Shown piece after piece: positions 48,395 to 58,684 of a DNA stretch of 64,000 nt. Every line of letters starts with the position of its first letter. Within the stretch, counting starts at the first letter, position 1. The position numbers and the translations under genes are program-made. This DNA is from an uncultured Clostridia bacterium (GTDB taxonomy: Bacteria; Bacillota; Clostridia; Oscillospirales; CAG-382). The stretch spans positions 138 to 64,137 of the forward strand of contig CALWBE010000052.1 of the NCBI GenBank assembly GCA_944375955.1, given 5' to 3'. The notes under the pieces are model-generated. The model was given only the letters and a program-made list of their open reading frames with translations, had not been told where the DNA came from and made no database searches.

Positions 48395-50260
48395 GTGATG
48401 ACACGCGATGAGCTCATTGAGAAGGTAAAATTGCTTCCATATTCACCTGGGGTTTATATGATGAAAGATAAACACGGGAAAATAATATATGTCGGAAAGT
48501 CAAAATCATTGAGAAATCGTGTATCATCGTATTTTCAAGATCCAGTTCGCCTAAATGTAAAAACCGCAAAGCTTTCATCAAATATATTTGATTTTTCCTG
48601 TGTTTATACAGATACGGAAACCGAAGCTTTGATTCTTGAAAATGAACTTATTAAGCGTCACACCCCTAAATACAATATAAAATTAAAGGATTCTAAAAGC
48701 TATCCCTATGTAAGAATAAGTAATTCGGAATATCCAACTATATTGCTTGCCAGGACAAGAAAAAACGACAAAAGTCGCTATTTTGGTCCATATACCTCAA
48801 CCAAAGCGGTACGCGATATTATTGATACTGTAAATAGGATATTTAAAACGGCTTCCTGCGGAAAAAAGTTCGAATTCGGCAAAGCTGTTTGCCGTCCTTG
48901 TCTTAATTATCATATCGGAAGATGTTCTGCTCCGTGTACGGGCAAAATTTCACCTGAGGAATATCGTCAGATTTTTTCGGAAATTGAAGATTTTTTAGAA
49001 GGTAATTTTTCAAAGATCATTGATGGTTTGACTGTAAAAATGCAGGCTGCTGCTGAAGAAATGAAATTTGAAGCAGCAGCGCAATACAGAGACCGAATAG
49101 CGGCTCTTTCAAGATTAGGTGAAAATCAAAAAATATTATCAGATTTTAACACTGATCGCGATGTGTTCGGAATATATGAAGGAGATACGCTGTGTGTTAT
49201 ATCAGTATTATTTATTCGTTCAGGAAAACTTATAGACAAAGAGCTGATATTCTTTTCATCAGACGAACTGACAGAAAGCTCGGCGCTTGCAGATTTAATT
49301 ATGAGATATTACAGCACTCATGAATATGTTCCTAAAAGCATAATGTTGTCTTTTGATCTTTCCGACGATGAGATTTCTGAGATAACAGAATATGTTAATT
49401 TAAAGGCTGAAAAAAAAGTAGAAGTGCGTGTACCTCATAAAGGTATAGGAAAAGAGCTTGCCGCACTTGCATGTGAAAATGCGCGCCAGGCGGTCGAACA
49501 ATATTCAAAAGAACAAAGCCATAGCATAAAGGTTCTTACCCATTTATGTGAGTATTTGGCTCTCGACAGTATACCGGTGCGTATTGAGGCATACGATATA
49601 TCAAATAACGGTAAAGATAGCATGTACGCCGGTATGATAGTAATTGAAAACGGAAGTTTTAAGAAAAGTGATTATAGGACATTTACAATAAAAACCGTTG
49701 AAGGAATAGATGATTATGCTTCAATGAGAGAGGTGTTGTCAAGAAGATTGTCAAAGTTGCGCGAGGCTATCAGTAATGGAACTGAAAAAGATGATTCTTT
49801 TTCAAAAGTTCCGGATCTGATATTATTGGACGGAGGCGCCGGACATGTTGCAGCTGTAAGACCGCTTCTTGATCAGTATAACCTCCCTATAAATCTTTTT
49901 GGTATGGTAAAAGATTCTTTTCATAAGACAAGAACTCTTACAGATGGAAATAATGAAATAAGCATATCAAATGTACAGGATATATTTACTTTTATATATA
50001 AAATTCAAGAGGAAGTGCATAGGTTTACTTTTTCAAAGATGGACGCATCCAGAAGAAAGACAGTAAAAAATTCATCGTTAGAAAAAATCGACGGGATCGG
50101 TGCAGTAAAGGCAAAAGATATATTAAAACACTTTAAAACACTTTCTGCAGTAAAAAATGCAAGCATATCAGAGCTTGCTAAAGTGAATGGTATAAGTCTA
50201 AAAAATGCCGAAAATATATATTATTATTTCCATGGAAATAATAAAAATAAAGAAGATTAA
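48395..50260 (+). CDS. uvrC: Excinuclease ABC subunit C
   Basis: PGVY...IYVGKSKSLRNRVSSYF (GIY-YIG), FEAAAQYRD, RIEAYDIS, LLDGG and a C-terminal HhH. Confidence 0.97.
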   Translation: MMTRDELIEKVKLLPYSPGVYMMKDKHGKIIYVGKSKSLRNRVSSYFQDPVRLNVKTAKLSSNIFDFSCVYTDTETEALILENELIKRHTPKYNIKLKDSKSYPYVRISNSEYPTILLARTRKNDKSRYFGPYTSTKAVRDIIDTVNRIFKTASCGKKFEFGKAVCRPCLNYHIGRCSAPCTGKISPEEYRQIFSEIEDFLEGNFSKIIDGLTVKMQAAAEEMKFEAAAQYRDRIAALSRLGENQKILSDFNTDRDVFGIYEGDTLCVISVLFIRSGKLIDKELIFFSSDELTESSALADLIMRYYSTHEYVPKSIMLSFDLSDDEISEITEYVNLKAEKKVEVRVPHKGIGKELAALACENARQAVEQYSKEQSHSIKVLTHLCEYLALDSIPVRIEAYDISNNGKDSMYAGMIVIENGSFKKSDYRTFTIKTVEGIDDYASMREVLSRRLSKLREAISNGTEKDDSFSKVPDLILLDGGAGHVAAVRPLLDQYNLPINLFGMVKDSFHKTRTLTDGNNEISISNVQDIFTFIYKIQEEVHRFTFSKMDASRRKTVKNSSLEKIDGIGAVKAKDILKHFKTLSAVKNASISELAKVNGISLKNAENIYYYFHGNNKNKED

Positions 50261-50288
50261 GTAAAAGACAATAAAAAGGAGAAACCAA

Positions 50289-50876
50289 ATGAGAATTATT
50301 ACCGGAACTGCAAGAGGTATGAAGCTTGAAACTCTTGATGGTGAAGAAATTATTCGTCCTACCTCAGATAGAGTAAAGGAAGGGCTATTTAGTGCTATCC
50401 AATTTGATATTTCAGGGAAAAGAGTGTTAGACCTGTTTGCCGGCAGCGGTCAACTCGCATTAGAGGCATTGAGCAGGGGAGCTGACAGCGCTGTTATAAT
50501 AGATGAGAGTGAAAAAGCAGTAGAAATAATAAAAACAAATGCAAAAAAAACAAATTTAATGAAGAAATGCAGAATTGCTAGACAAGATTACAGTGAATAT
50601 TTAAAGTCAGCGAATAACAGAGAAAAATTCGGTCTCATTTTTCTTGATCCTCCGTATTCTAAAGACATACCTGGAGAGGTTTTAAAAAAATTGTGCCGAA
50701 CCGATATTATAGAAGATAATGGGATAGTAGTGTGTGAATCGGAACATGATAACATGAATGAAGATATATACAATTTAAAATTCATAAAAAAATATAAATA
50801 CGGCAGAACATTTATTGCTATATTTACAAAAAAAGATGATACAGGGGAAGGGGAAGCGGAAAAAAATGAAAACTGA
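50289..50876 (+). CDS. rsmD: 16S rRNA (guanine(966)-N2)-methyltransferase
   Basis: MRIITG, RPTSDRVKE, LDLFAGSG and FLDPPY. Confidence 0.95.
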   Translation: MRIITGTARGMKLETLDGEEIIRPTSDRVKEGLFSAIQFDISGKRVLDLFAGSGQLALEALSRGADSAVIIDESEKAVEIIKTNAKKTNLMKKCRIARQDYSEYLKSANNREKFGLIFLDPPYSKDIPGEVLKKLCRTDIIEDNGIVVCESEHDNMNEDIYNLKFIKKYKYGRTFIAIFTKKDDTGEGEAEKNEN

Positions 50877-51366
50877 TCTTTTGAGAGCTGTTATTCCGGG
50901 AAGTTATGATCCAATTACGTTGGGGCACGTTGATTTAATACGCCGTACGGCACAAATTTTTGATGATGTAATAGTGCTTATTTGCATAAATTCTTCAAAA
51001 CGAGGCCTTGTATCTCCTGAAGTAAGAAAATTGCTTGCAGAAGACGGCGTTTCTGAAATGAAAAATGTTCGGGTAGATTGCTGTGGAGGATTATTTGCCG
51101 ATTATTGCAATGACAACAGTATTGATGTAATCGTTAAAGGAGTAAGAAATTTTGCTGATTATGCTTATGAAACTGAGCTTAAAGCATATAACGATAGAAT
51201 TTTTTCAGATAAGTTTAAAAAAGTGCCTGAAACGATTTTCATGCCGTCTAATGAGAAACTTTCTTATTGCAGTTCGACTTTTGTACGTGAAATGTTAAAA
51301 TATAATGAGGATGTGACAAATTATGTGCCTAATGCAGAACTGCTTTTAAGGTATGTTAACAGGTAA
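50866..51366 (+). CDS. coaD: Pantetheine-phosphate adenylyltransferase
   Basis: PGSYDPITLGH, KGVRN..D and SSTFVRE. Start set at MKTD. Confidence 0.94.
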   Translation: MKTDLLRAVIPGSYDPITLGHVDLIRRTAQIFDDVIVLICINSSKRGLVSPEVRKLLAEDGVSEMKNVRVDCCGGLFADYCNDNSIDVIVKGVRNFADYAYETELKAYNDRIFSDKFKKVPETIFMPSNEKLSYCSSTFVREMLKYNEDVTNYVPNAELLLRYVNR

Positions 51367-51424
51367 AAAAATATATATAATTTGTAAATATTTGAAAAGC
51401 TGTGAATATTTGACAGTATATTGC

Positions 51425-51453
51425 TTGAAAATTTTTATCGCATATAGTATAAT
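51425..51453 (+). promoter_or_regulatory. Sigma-A promoter of pgk-tpiA
   Basis: TTGAAA-17 nt-TATAAT. Confidence 0.7.
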
Positions 51454-51489
51454 TATATAAATAGATTGTGAAAAAATATTTATTATGAG

Positions 51490-52797
51490 GTGAAAAATAT
51501 GCTGAATAAGAAATCGATTGAAGACATTGAGGTAACAGGCAAAAAGGTTCTTGTGCGCTGCGATTTTAATGTTCCTCTTCAGGATGGCGTTATAACAAGC
51601 GATAAAAGAATTGTAGAAGCTTTGCCGACTATCAAGTATTTGCTTGAAAAAGGCGCTAAAGTTATTCTTTGCTCACACATGGGTAAGCCGCACGGCATTT
51701 TTACCGAAGGGTTTAGTTTAAATAAAAAAGAAAAAGCAAAACTTGCCGAATTACCAGAGGCTGATCAGGCAGCTGCAAAAGCTGAAATGATTAAGAAGGC
51801 AATATCTGACGACTCCAAGAAATTTACTCTTAAGCCTGTTGCAGACAGATTAAATGAATACCTTGACGGTAAAGTTGTTTTTGCTTCTGATATTATTGGA
51901 GACGACGCTAAGGCTAAAATTGCTGCTCTTGAAAATGGTAAGGCGGTTCTCCTTGAAAATGTCCGTTTTGATGAAAGAGAAACAAAGAACGATCCGCAGC
52001 TTTCAAAAGCTCTTGCCGATCTTTGCGATATATATGTAAATGATGCTTTTGGCTCAGCTCATAGAGCTCATTGCTCAACTGCGGGTGTAACAGAGTTTGT
52101 AGACACTTGTGTATGCGGTTTCCTTATTCAGAAAGAAATTACTATTATGGGCGGAGCTCTCGCTGATCCTAAGCGTCCGTTCGTCGCTATTCTCGGGGGA
52201 GCTAAGGTATCAGATAAAATAGGCGTTATTCAAAATCTTATTGATAAGGTTGATACGCTTATTATAGGCGGAGGAATGGCATACACATTTTTCCGTGCAT
52301 TTGGGAATAATGTAGGAACTTCTATTTGTGAAGAGGACAAGCTTGATCTTGCTCGTGAGCTTGTTGAAAAGGCCCGTGAAAAGGGTGTAAACTTCTTACT
52401 TCCGGTTGATAACATTATCGGAAGAGAGTACAGCGAAGATACTACATTTATGGAAATTTACTCAGATTCTATTCCGGACGGCTGGATGGGACTTGATATA
52501 GGAGAAAAGACACAAGAGCTTTTTGCAAAGACAATAAAAGGCGCAGGCACTGTAGTTTGGAACGGACCGATGGGCGTTTCGGAATGGGACAATTTTGCAG
52601 GCGGTACTATAGCAGTTGCTACTGCTGTTGCAGACAGCGGCGCAGTTTCCATAATAGGTGGGGGCGATTCAGCTGCTGCTGTTGAAAAGTTAGGCTTTGC
52701 CGATAAAATGACTCATATATCAACAGGTGGCGGAGCTTCGCTGGAATTCCTTGAAGGAAAAGAATTGCCCGGAATAGCTTGTCTTGAAAATAAGTAA
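51490..52797 (+). CDS. pgk: Phosphoglycerate kinase with an insertion of about 37 aa
   Basis: [39 protein letters not shown] and STGGGASLE. Confidence 0.98.
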   Translation: MKNMLNKKSIEDIEVTGKKVLVRCDFNVPLQDGVITSDKRIVEALPTIKYLLEKGAKVILCSHMGKPHGIFTEGFSLNKKEKAKLAELPEADQAAAKAEMIKKAISDDSKKFTLKPVADRLNEYLDGKVVFASDIIGDDAKAKIAALENGKAVLLENVRFDERETKNDPQLSKALADLCDIYVNDAFGSAHRAHCSTAGVTEFVDTCVCGFLIQKEITIMGGALADPKRPFVAILGGAKVSDKIGVIQNLIDKVDTLIIGGGMAYTFFRAFGNNVGTSICEEDKLDLARELVEKAREKGVNFLLPVDNIIGREYSEDTTFMEIYSDSIPDGWMGLDIGEKTQELFAKTIKGAGTVVWNGPMGVSEWDNFAGGTIAVATAVADSGAVSIIGGGDSAAAVEKLGFADKMTHISTGGGASLEFLEGKELPGIACLENK

Positions 52798-52894
52798 TAT
52801 TGAAAAAATTGAGGGCAGCGCCATTGACAGCGTATGCCCTCCAGATATGTTAATAAGCAATTTTAAAAAGTTATATAGTGAAAGGAAAAATAAG

Positions 52895-53650
52895 ATGAGA
52901 AAAAAAGTAATTGCGGGAAACTGGAAAATGAATAAAACACCCGCTGAGACCACTGTTTTTATCAATGAATTAAGCAAAGTGACTGCCGGCAAAAACAACT
53001 GCGATATTATTGCTTGCGTGCCGTTTGTAGATATCCAAAATGCAGTTGCTGCAGCAAAGGGAACAAATATAAAGATAGGTGCGCAAAACGTGCATTTTGA
53101 AAAGAGCGGAGCATTTACCGGAGAAATATCAGCTGATATGCTTCTTGATCTCGGAGTAGAATATGTTATAATAGGCCACAGCGAAAGACGTCAATATTTT
53201 GGCGAGACAGATGATACAGTAAATCTACGTGTAAAAGCTGCTTTGAGTGCTGGACTTATTGTTATACTTTGTATAGGCGAACTTCTTGCTCAGAGAGAAG
53301 ACGGTATAACGTCAGAAATACTTTCAATGCAGACAAAGAAGGCTCTTAAAGGTCTTACTAAAGATCAGATGAAGAACGTTATTATAGCATATGAGCCTGT
53401 ATGGGCAATCGGTACCGGAAAGACTGCAACTGCAGAGCAGGCAAATGAAGCATGTCTTATAGTAAGAGATGCGGTAGCAGAGATTTTTGATAAGGAAACA
53501 GCAGAAAACACGATCATTCAGTACGGCGGATCTATGAACGCAAAGAACGCTGCAGAGCTTCTTGCAATGGAGAACGTAGACGGAGGACTTATAGGAGGCG
53601 CTTCTCTTAAATCAGCCGATTTCGGAATTATAGTTGACGCCGCTCAATAA
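52895..53650 (+). CDS. tpiA: Triosephosphate isomerase
   Basis: AGNWKMN, GHSERR, AYEPVWAIGTG and YGGS. Start MRKK follows an AAAGGA RBS. Confidence 0.98.
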   Translation: MRKKVIAGNWKMNKTPAETTVFINELSKVTAGKNNCDIIACVPFVDIQNAVAAAKGTNIKIGAQNVHFEKSGAFTGEISADMLLDLGVEYVIIGHSERRQYFGETDDTVNLRVKAALSAGLIVILCIGELLAQREDGITSEILSMQTKKALKGLTKDQMKNVIIAYEPVWAIGTGKTATAEQANEACLIVRDAVAEIFDKETAENTIIQYGGSMNAKNAAELLAMENVDGGLIGGASLKSADFGIIVDAAQ

Positions 53651-53681
53651 TAAATAAAAATAAGTTTTATACATTAAATAA

Positions 53682-53763
53682 GCAGGCATAAGAGCTTTGG
53701 GAAGACTTATGCCTGTTTTTTATAAGATAAAAAAAGAGAGGAAATCGCTTTCCTCTCTTTTTT
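53682..53763. terminator. Two adjacent terminator hairpins between convergent tpiA and mscS
   Basis: GCAGGCATAAG ... CTTATGCCTGT followed by a T-run, then AAAAAAGAGAGGAAA ... TTTCCTCTCTTTTTT. Confidence 0.85.
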
Positions 53764-53767
53764 AACA

Positions 53768-54577
53768 CTAATTTTTATTGTCAATATGTACGTCAAGCTG
53801 ATTGTACGGAATTGAAATTCCCGCAGCGTCAAGCTCGTTTTTTACACTTTCGTTAATATCAAAATAAACGTTCCAGTAATCTGAAGATAGTGTCCAAACT
53901 CGCAAAACCAATTTTATCGCACTGTCAGCATATTCTGAAAGGCGGCAAACAGGAGCAGGATCATCAAGCACAAGAGAATGTGACTTGCATATATCGAGAA
54001 TAATCTGTTCGGCCTTTAAATAATCTGCCTCATATGCAATTGAAAACGTAAAATCGACTCTGCGAGTGTCTTTTGAGCTGTAATTTGTAATAGTGCTGTT
54101 AGCAAGAGTACCGTTTGGAATATGAATTACCTTGTTATCAGGAGTTCTGAGAATGGTATAAATTATGTGTATGTCTTCAACTGTTCCGGATATTCCCTGA
54201 GTTTCTATATAATCGTCTATTTTAAAAGGTCTGGTAAGAATGATAAGTACACCGCCGGCAAAATTTGACAGCGACCCCTGAACCGCAAGCCCCACACCTA
54301 ATCCGAGGGTCGCAATAAGTGCGGAAATACTTGCGGTATCAAAGCCGAGATATCCAAGAAGAAAACATATTACGAGGATCTTTGTTCCGAATTTAAATAC
54401 ATATCTAAGAGATTTTCCGATAGTTTTGTCGATATTTTTTTTGATACATATTTTTTTTATAACATTTGTAAAATGGTTAATGACAGGGAATGATATAAAA
54501 ATAACTACAAAAGCCACTAAAATTTTTACTCCGGCGGTTGTAAGCCATTTTAATAATTCGGCAACAATATTTTCCAT
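53768..54577 (-). CDS. mscS: Small-conductance mechanosensitive channel
   Basis: GLAVQGSLSNFAGG, IPNG, NYS..TRRVD and IPYNQLDVH. Confidence 0.93.
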   Translation of the reverse strand: MENIVAELLKWLTTAGVKILVAFVVIFISFPVINHFTNVIKKICIKKNIDKTIGKSLRYVFKFGTKILVICFLLGYLGFDTASISALIATLGLGVGLAVQGSLSNFAGGVLIILTRPFKIDDYIETQGISGTVEDIHIIYTILRTPDNKVIHIPNGTLANSTITNYSSKDTRRVDFTFSIAYEADYLKAEQIILDICKSHSLVLDDPAPVCRLSEYADSAIKLVLRVWTLSSDYWNVYFDINESVKNELDAAGISIPYNQLDVHIDNKN

Positions 54578-54600
54578 AATACCAAACTCCTAAATAATTA

Positions 54601-56046
54601 TTATTTCATTAAATCCTGAACATAAATAATTTTAGGTCCTGTTTGTTCCTTTTTTGGTTCGGATTTAGCGGTTTCATTTGACTCAGGAGCAGAAACTCTT
54701 CCATCGCGAACATCGAAGAATTTTGCGGCAACCTGAGGGAATAATGCATAACTAAGAACGTCTTCTTCACTCTTGGCAATACCCTTAGTTTCCTCACGGT
54801 ATTTTTCAAGTTCCGGTTTAATATTGTCCGCAGGCCTGCATGTAATAACAGGAGTATCTCCGATAGCTTTCTTTCTGACCTCTTCATTTACCTCAGCCGG
54901 TAGACGGCCGTATTCTCCGGCGAGCAAACCTTTTGACTCTTTAGTTACCATCTTATATCTTTCCCCTGAAAGAACATTTAAAACTGCCTGCGTACCTACG
55001 ATTTGGCTGGTCGGAGTAACAAGAGGCGGATATCCGAAATCTTTTCTTACACGCGGGATTTCAGCGAGAACATCATAATATTTATCTTCGGCATTGGCTT
55101 GTTTCAGCTGTGAGATTAAATTTGAAAGCATTCCTCCGGGAACCTGATATAATAGTGTATTAGTATCAACATTTAATACTTTTGGATCAAGATATCCCTG
55201 CTCTTTCAGTTTTGTCGCAACTTTACGGAAATGAGCAGCGGCTTCTGAAAGCTTTGAAAGATCAAGACCGGTATCACGCTCAGTACCCTTTAAGGTTGCA
55301 ACTAATGATTCGGTAGCTGGTTGAGAAGTACCGTTTGCAAGAGGAGAAAGCGCGCAGTCAACAATATCTACGCCTGCCTGTGTTGCCATAAGGTTGACCA
55401 TATCTCCTGTACCAGTGGTATTATGAGTATGAAGATGAATAGGTACTTTTACATTTTCTTTAAGCTTTTTAACAAGAGAATATGCAGAGTAAGGAAGAAG
55501 AAGGTTAGCCATATCCTTAATACATATTACATCAGCCCCCATTTCTTCAAGCTGACGTGCAAGATTAACGAAATATTCTTCGTTGTGGACTGGGGAAACA
55601 GTATAGCTTATGGCAGCCTCGCATATGCCACCGTACTTTTTGCAGCTTTCCATTGCCATACGCATATTTCTTGTGTCATTAAGTGCATCAAAAATTCTTA
55701 TTACATCAATACCGTTTTCAATAGATTTTTCAACAAATTTTTCAACAACATCATCTGCATAATGTTTGTAGCCAAGTATATTTTGTCCGCGAAGCAACAT
55801 TTGAAGCTTTGTTTTAGGCATAGCTTTTTTTAGCTTGCGCAATCTTTCCCACGGATCTTCGTTTAAAAAACGCATGCATGAATCAAAAGTAGCGCCGCCC
55901 CAGCATTCAAGTGACCAATATCCCATATTGTCGAGCAATTCGCAGGCAGGCAGCATATCTTCAATACGCATTCTTGTGGCGGCTTGAGACTGATGAGCGT
56001 CACGGAGAATGGTATCAGTTATTTTTAAAGGATTATTGTTTGCCAT
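54601..56046 (-). CDS. oadA: Oxaloacetate decarboxylase alpha / carboxyltransferase subunit, without a biotinyl domain
   Basis: LRDAHQS, WGGATFD, IKDMA, HTHNT, QVPGGM and PPLVTPTSQIVG. Confidence 0.9.
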   Translation of the reverse strand: MANNNPLKITDTILRDAHQSQAATRMRIEDMLPACELLDNMGYWSLECWGGATFDSCMRFLNEDPWERLRKLKKAMPKTKLQMLLRGQNILGYKHYADDVVEKFVEKSIENGIDVIRIFDALNDTRNMRMAMESCKKYGGICEAAISYTVSPVHNEEYFVNLARQLEEMGADVICIKDMANLLLPYSAYSLVKKLKENVKVPIHLHTHNTTGTGDMVNLMATQAGVDIVDCALSPLANGTSQPATESLVATLKGTERDTGLDLSKLSEAAAHFRKVATKLKEQGYLDPKVLNVDTNTLLYQVPGGMLSNLISQLKQANAEDKYYDVLAEIPRVRKDFGYPPLVTPTSQIVGTQAVLNVLSGERYKMVTKESKGLLAGEYGRLPAEVNEEVRKKAIGDTPVITCRPADNIKPELEKYREETKGIAKSEEDVLSYALFPQVAAKFFDVRDGRVSAPESNETAKSEPKKEQTGPKIIYVQDLMK

Positions 56047-56078
56047 GGTCTGTCAACTCTTTCTCCGACACGATTCAT

Positions 56079-56110
56079 ATTTGCACAGAGCTGTCGGAAC
56101 TCTGTGCAAA
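56079..56110. other. Intergenic hairpin between oadB and oadA
   Basis: TTTGCACAGAG ... CTCTGTGCAAA. Confidence 0.7.
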
Positions 56111-56144
56111 AGTATAGTATATAGAATAGATAGGCTAAATAAAA

Positions 56145-57797
56145 TTAACCAAACAACGACAAAAGAACTCCGGCTGCAATTGCCGAGCCGATAACACCGG
56201 CAACATTCGGACCCATTGCGTGCATGAGAAGGAAGTTTCTCGGGTTATCTTTCTGTCCTACGACCTGGGAAACTCGTGCAGCCATAGGTACTGCAGAAAC
56301 TCCGGCTGAGCCGATAAGCGGATTGATCTTATTTTTAAGGAAGAGATTCATAAACTTAGCAAGCAGCACACCGCCGGCAGTACCTAGACCAAAGGCGATA
56401 ACGCCCATAACAATAATTTTTATAGTACTTATACTAAGGAATGTTTCAGCAGTAGCGGTAGCACCGACCGTAATTCCGAGGAAGATAGTAACAATATTGC
56501 AGAGTTCGTTTTGCGCGGTTTTTGAGAGCCTTTCAGTAACGCCTGATTCTCTGAAAAGATTACCGAGCATAAGACAGCCAACCAATGGCGTAGCAGAAGG
56601 AACGAGAACAGCAACACATACAGATACTACTATCGGGAAAATTATTTTTTCTTTTTTTGAAACAGGGCGAAGCGCCTTCATTTCAATCATTCTTTCCTTT
56701 TTGGTGGTAAGAGCTTTCATAATAGGCGGCTGTATTACCGGAACAAGAGCCATATATGAATAAGCTGCAACAGCGATCGGTCCTAAGAGATGAGGAGCAA
56801 GACGGCTTGTCACATAAATTGCCGTAGGACCGTCTGCACCGCCGATTATACCGATAGAACTTGCCTCTGCAGGAGTAAATCCTAAGAAACAAGCTGCTAC
56901 ATAAGTAACAAAAATTCCAAGTTGCGCGGCAGCACCTAAAAGAAGACTTTTCGGATTAGCAATAAGCGGACCGAAATCAGTCATTGCACCTACTCCGAAG
57001 AATATAAGGCATGGATAGATTCCAAGCTTAACGCCGAGATACAAATAGTCAAGCAATCCGGGAGTGATAGAATTTGTAGCGTCAAACAGATTCCAGTGCG
57101 CATGACCGTCTGCAAACAGCTCTTCATGGAACATTTCAGCGCCGGGAAGGTTAGTGAGAAGCATACCAAATGCGATTGGGAGCAAAAGAAGCGGTTCATA
57201 ACCTTTTCCTATTGCTAAATACATGAGTACACATGCGATCAAAATCATTATCAAACATTTAGGATCTTCCATAAAACCGGCGACTGCCGTCTGTTTAATA
57301 AAATTACGAACAGCTTCAAGAGGAGTAACTTCTTCCTGATTGAGAATATCCTCAAATAAGAAGCTGTTAGATTCTATCGTGTCATAGTCGACACCGTCAG
57401 ATGATGAGATCTGATATTGAACATTTATATTTATTATAGGATCATTAGTTTCCAAAGAAGCTATATGATATACAAGAGTATATTCTTTACCGGCTTCTAC
57501 CATCACACCATAATATTGATATGCATCGTTATTATAGCCCTCTAAAACGACCCCTGAATCTTCAGGTATTTCAATAGCAGGAAGAAAAGCAATGTCTTTG
57601 TTGGAGATATTTGCTATAGTAACCGAAAGAGATTTTTCTCCCTCGTCATTTTCGATTATGCCGGCGCTTTTAATTTTAAGGTATGCATTTTCCTGTTCCT
57701 CATCATCATTGGAAGAAGCAGATGCGAATACAGTAGCTGTAAAAGCAGAAAATAGAAAAATGCACACTGCAAACAGCGCAAGAAACTTTTTCTTCAT
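56145..57797 (-). CDS. oadB: Na+-translocating decarboxylase beta subunit with an extra N-terminal exported domain
   Basis: [41 protein letters not shown] and [11 protein letters not shown]. Confidence 0.94.
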   Translation of the reverse strand: MKKKFLALFAVCIFLFSAFTATVFASASSNDDEEQENAYLKIKSAGIIENDEGEKSLSVTIANISNKDIAFLPAIEIPEDSGVVLEGYNNDAYQYYGVMVEAGKEYTLVYHIASLETNDPIININVQYQISSSDGVDYDTIESNSFLFEDILNQEEVTPLEAVRNFIKQTAVAGFMEDPKCLIMILIACVLMYLAIGKGYEPLLLLPIAFGMLLTNLPGAEMFHEELFADGHAHWNLFDATNSITPGLLDYLYLGVKLGIYPCLIFFGVGAMTDFGPLIANPKSLLLGAAAQLGIFVTYVAACFLGFTPAEASSIGIIGGADGPTAIYVTSRLAPHLLGPIAVAAYSYMALVPVIQPPIMKALTTKKERMIEMKALRPVSKKEKIIFPIVVSVCVAVLVPSATPLVGCLMLGNLFRESGVTERLSKTAQNELCNIVTIFLGITVGATATAETFLSISTIKIIVMGVIAFGLGTAGGVLLAKFMNLFLKNKINPLIGSAGVSAVPMAARVSQVVGQKDNPRNFLLMHAMGPNVAGVIGSAIAAGVLLSLFG

Positions 57798-57821
57798 AAT
57801 AGTATCCCTTTCCTCGATTGA

Positions 57822-58190
57822 TTAATTGATAGAGAAAAGAAATGTTCCTGACTCGACGGTAGCACCTTTTGCAACGCCTACAGCAGAAACTGTACCGTCA
57901 ACAGGTATCATTATTTCATTTTCCATTTTCATTGCTTCAAGTATCATGCCTACCTGTCCGGCTTTAACGGAATCTCCGACTTTTATATTTACGGCGAGAA
58001 TGTTTCCGGGCATAGGAGCATTAACTTTTTCTCCACTGACAGGTGCAGAAGCTGCAACTGGTTCTGCTGCCTTTGCCGCAGGAGCTGACTCTGATGATGT
58101 ATTGGCAGAAGATTTGATTTCGGAAGCATCAACTTCCTCTATAGATACTTCATAAAATGTTCCGTTTACATTGATTTTGTACTGTTTCAT
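57822..58190 (-). CDS. Biotin carboxyl carrier protein
   Basis: APMPG, the EAMKM biotinylation motif and an Ala/Pro/Ser linker. Confidence 0.95.
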   Translation of the reverse strand: MKQYKINVNGTFYEVSIEEVDASEIKSSANTSSESAPAAKAAEPVAASAPVSGEKVNAPMPGNILAVNIKVGDSVKAGQVGMILEAMKMENEIMIPVDGTVSAVGVAKGATVESGTFLFSIN

Positions 58191-58221
58191 AGCTGTTTTA
58201 ACTCACCTTTCTTATAAAAAA

Positions 58222-58497
58222 TTACAGTTTCTTGATTGAAAGAATGCGAATCCCTGAAATATCTTTTTCACTGTACTCGGCAACAGCTGCCGCAATAGCT
58301 GCTGCAAGCTCCGGCCTTGAAGGAATTGTGTCTGGAATTGAAGGTGCGGGTATATTATTTTCGCTCATAGCTTCTTCAGCGGGATTTTTCTGAAAAAGCC
58401 TGATTAAATAACTCATAATCATGCATACGATTATTATGAATATAAGACCTATAAACACCGTGCCAAGTCCCATCAAAACGACAAAACCGCTATTCAT
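58222..58497 (-). CDS. Decarboxylase gamma/delta subunit (OadG family)
   Basis: MGLGTVFIGL TM helix, AAIAAAVA and C-terminal RILSIKK. Confidence 0.88.
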   Translation of the reverse strand: MNSGFVVLMGLGTVFIGLIFIIIVCMIMSYLIRLFQKNPAEEAMSENNIPAPSIPDTIPSRPELAAAIAAAVAEYSEKDISGIRILSIKKL

Positions 58498-58684
58498 AAC
58501 TTTACCTCCATTAATTTTAATAATTATATCGTGAAAAGGCTGACAAATTCATCAAACCCAAATCTCAGACATTATACATTATATACCTTAAATCGTAAAA
58601 ACGCAATAGTATTTTCAATATTTGACAAATTTTTCTCAAATAATATTTTTGATTTATAAAATAGGAATTTAACTGATGAAAAAA

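Noticed and set aside
58529-58546. Rex-like operator TCGTGAA-N4-CTGACAA upstream of oadG
   Set aside because: Only 11 of 14 positions match the consensus in AT-rich DNA. Plausible, but not supportable without comparative data.
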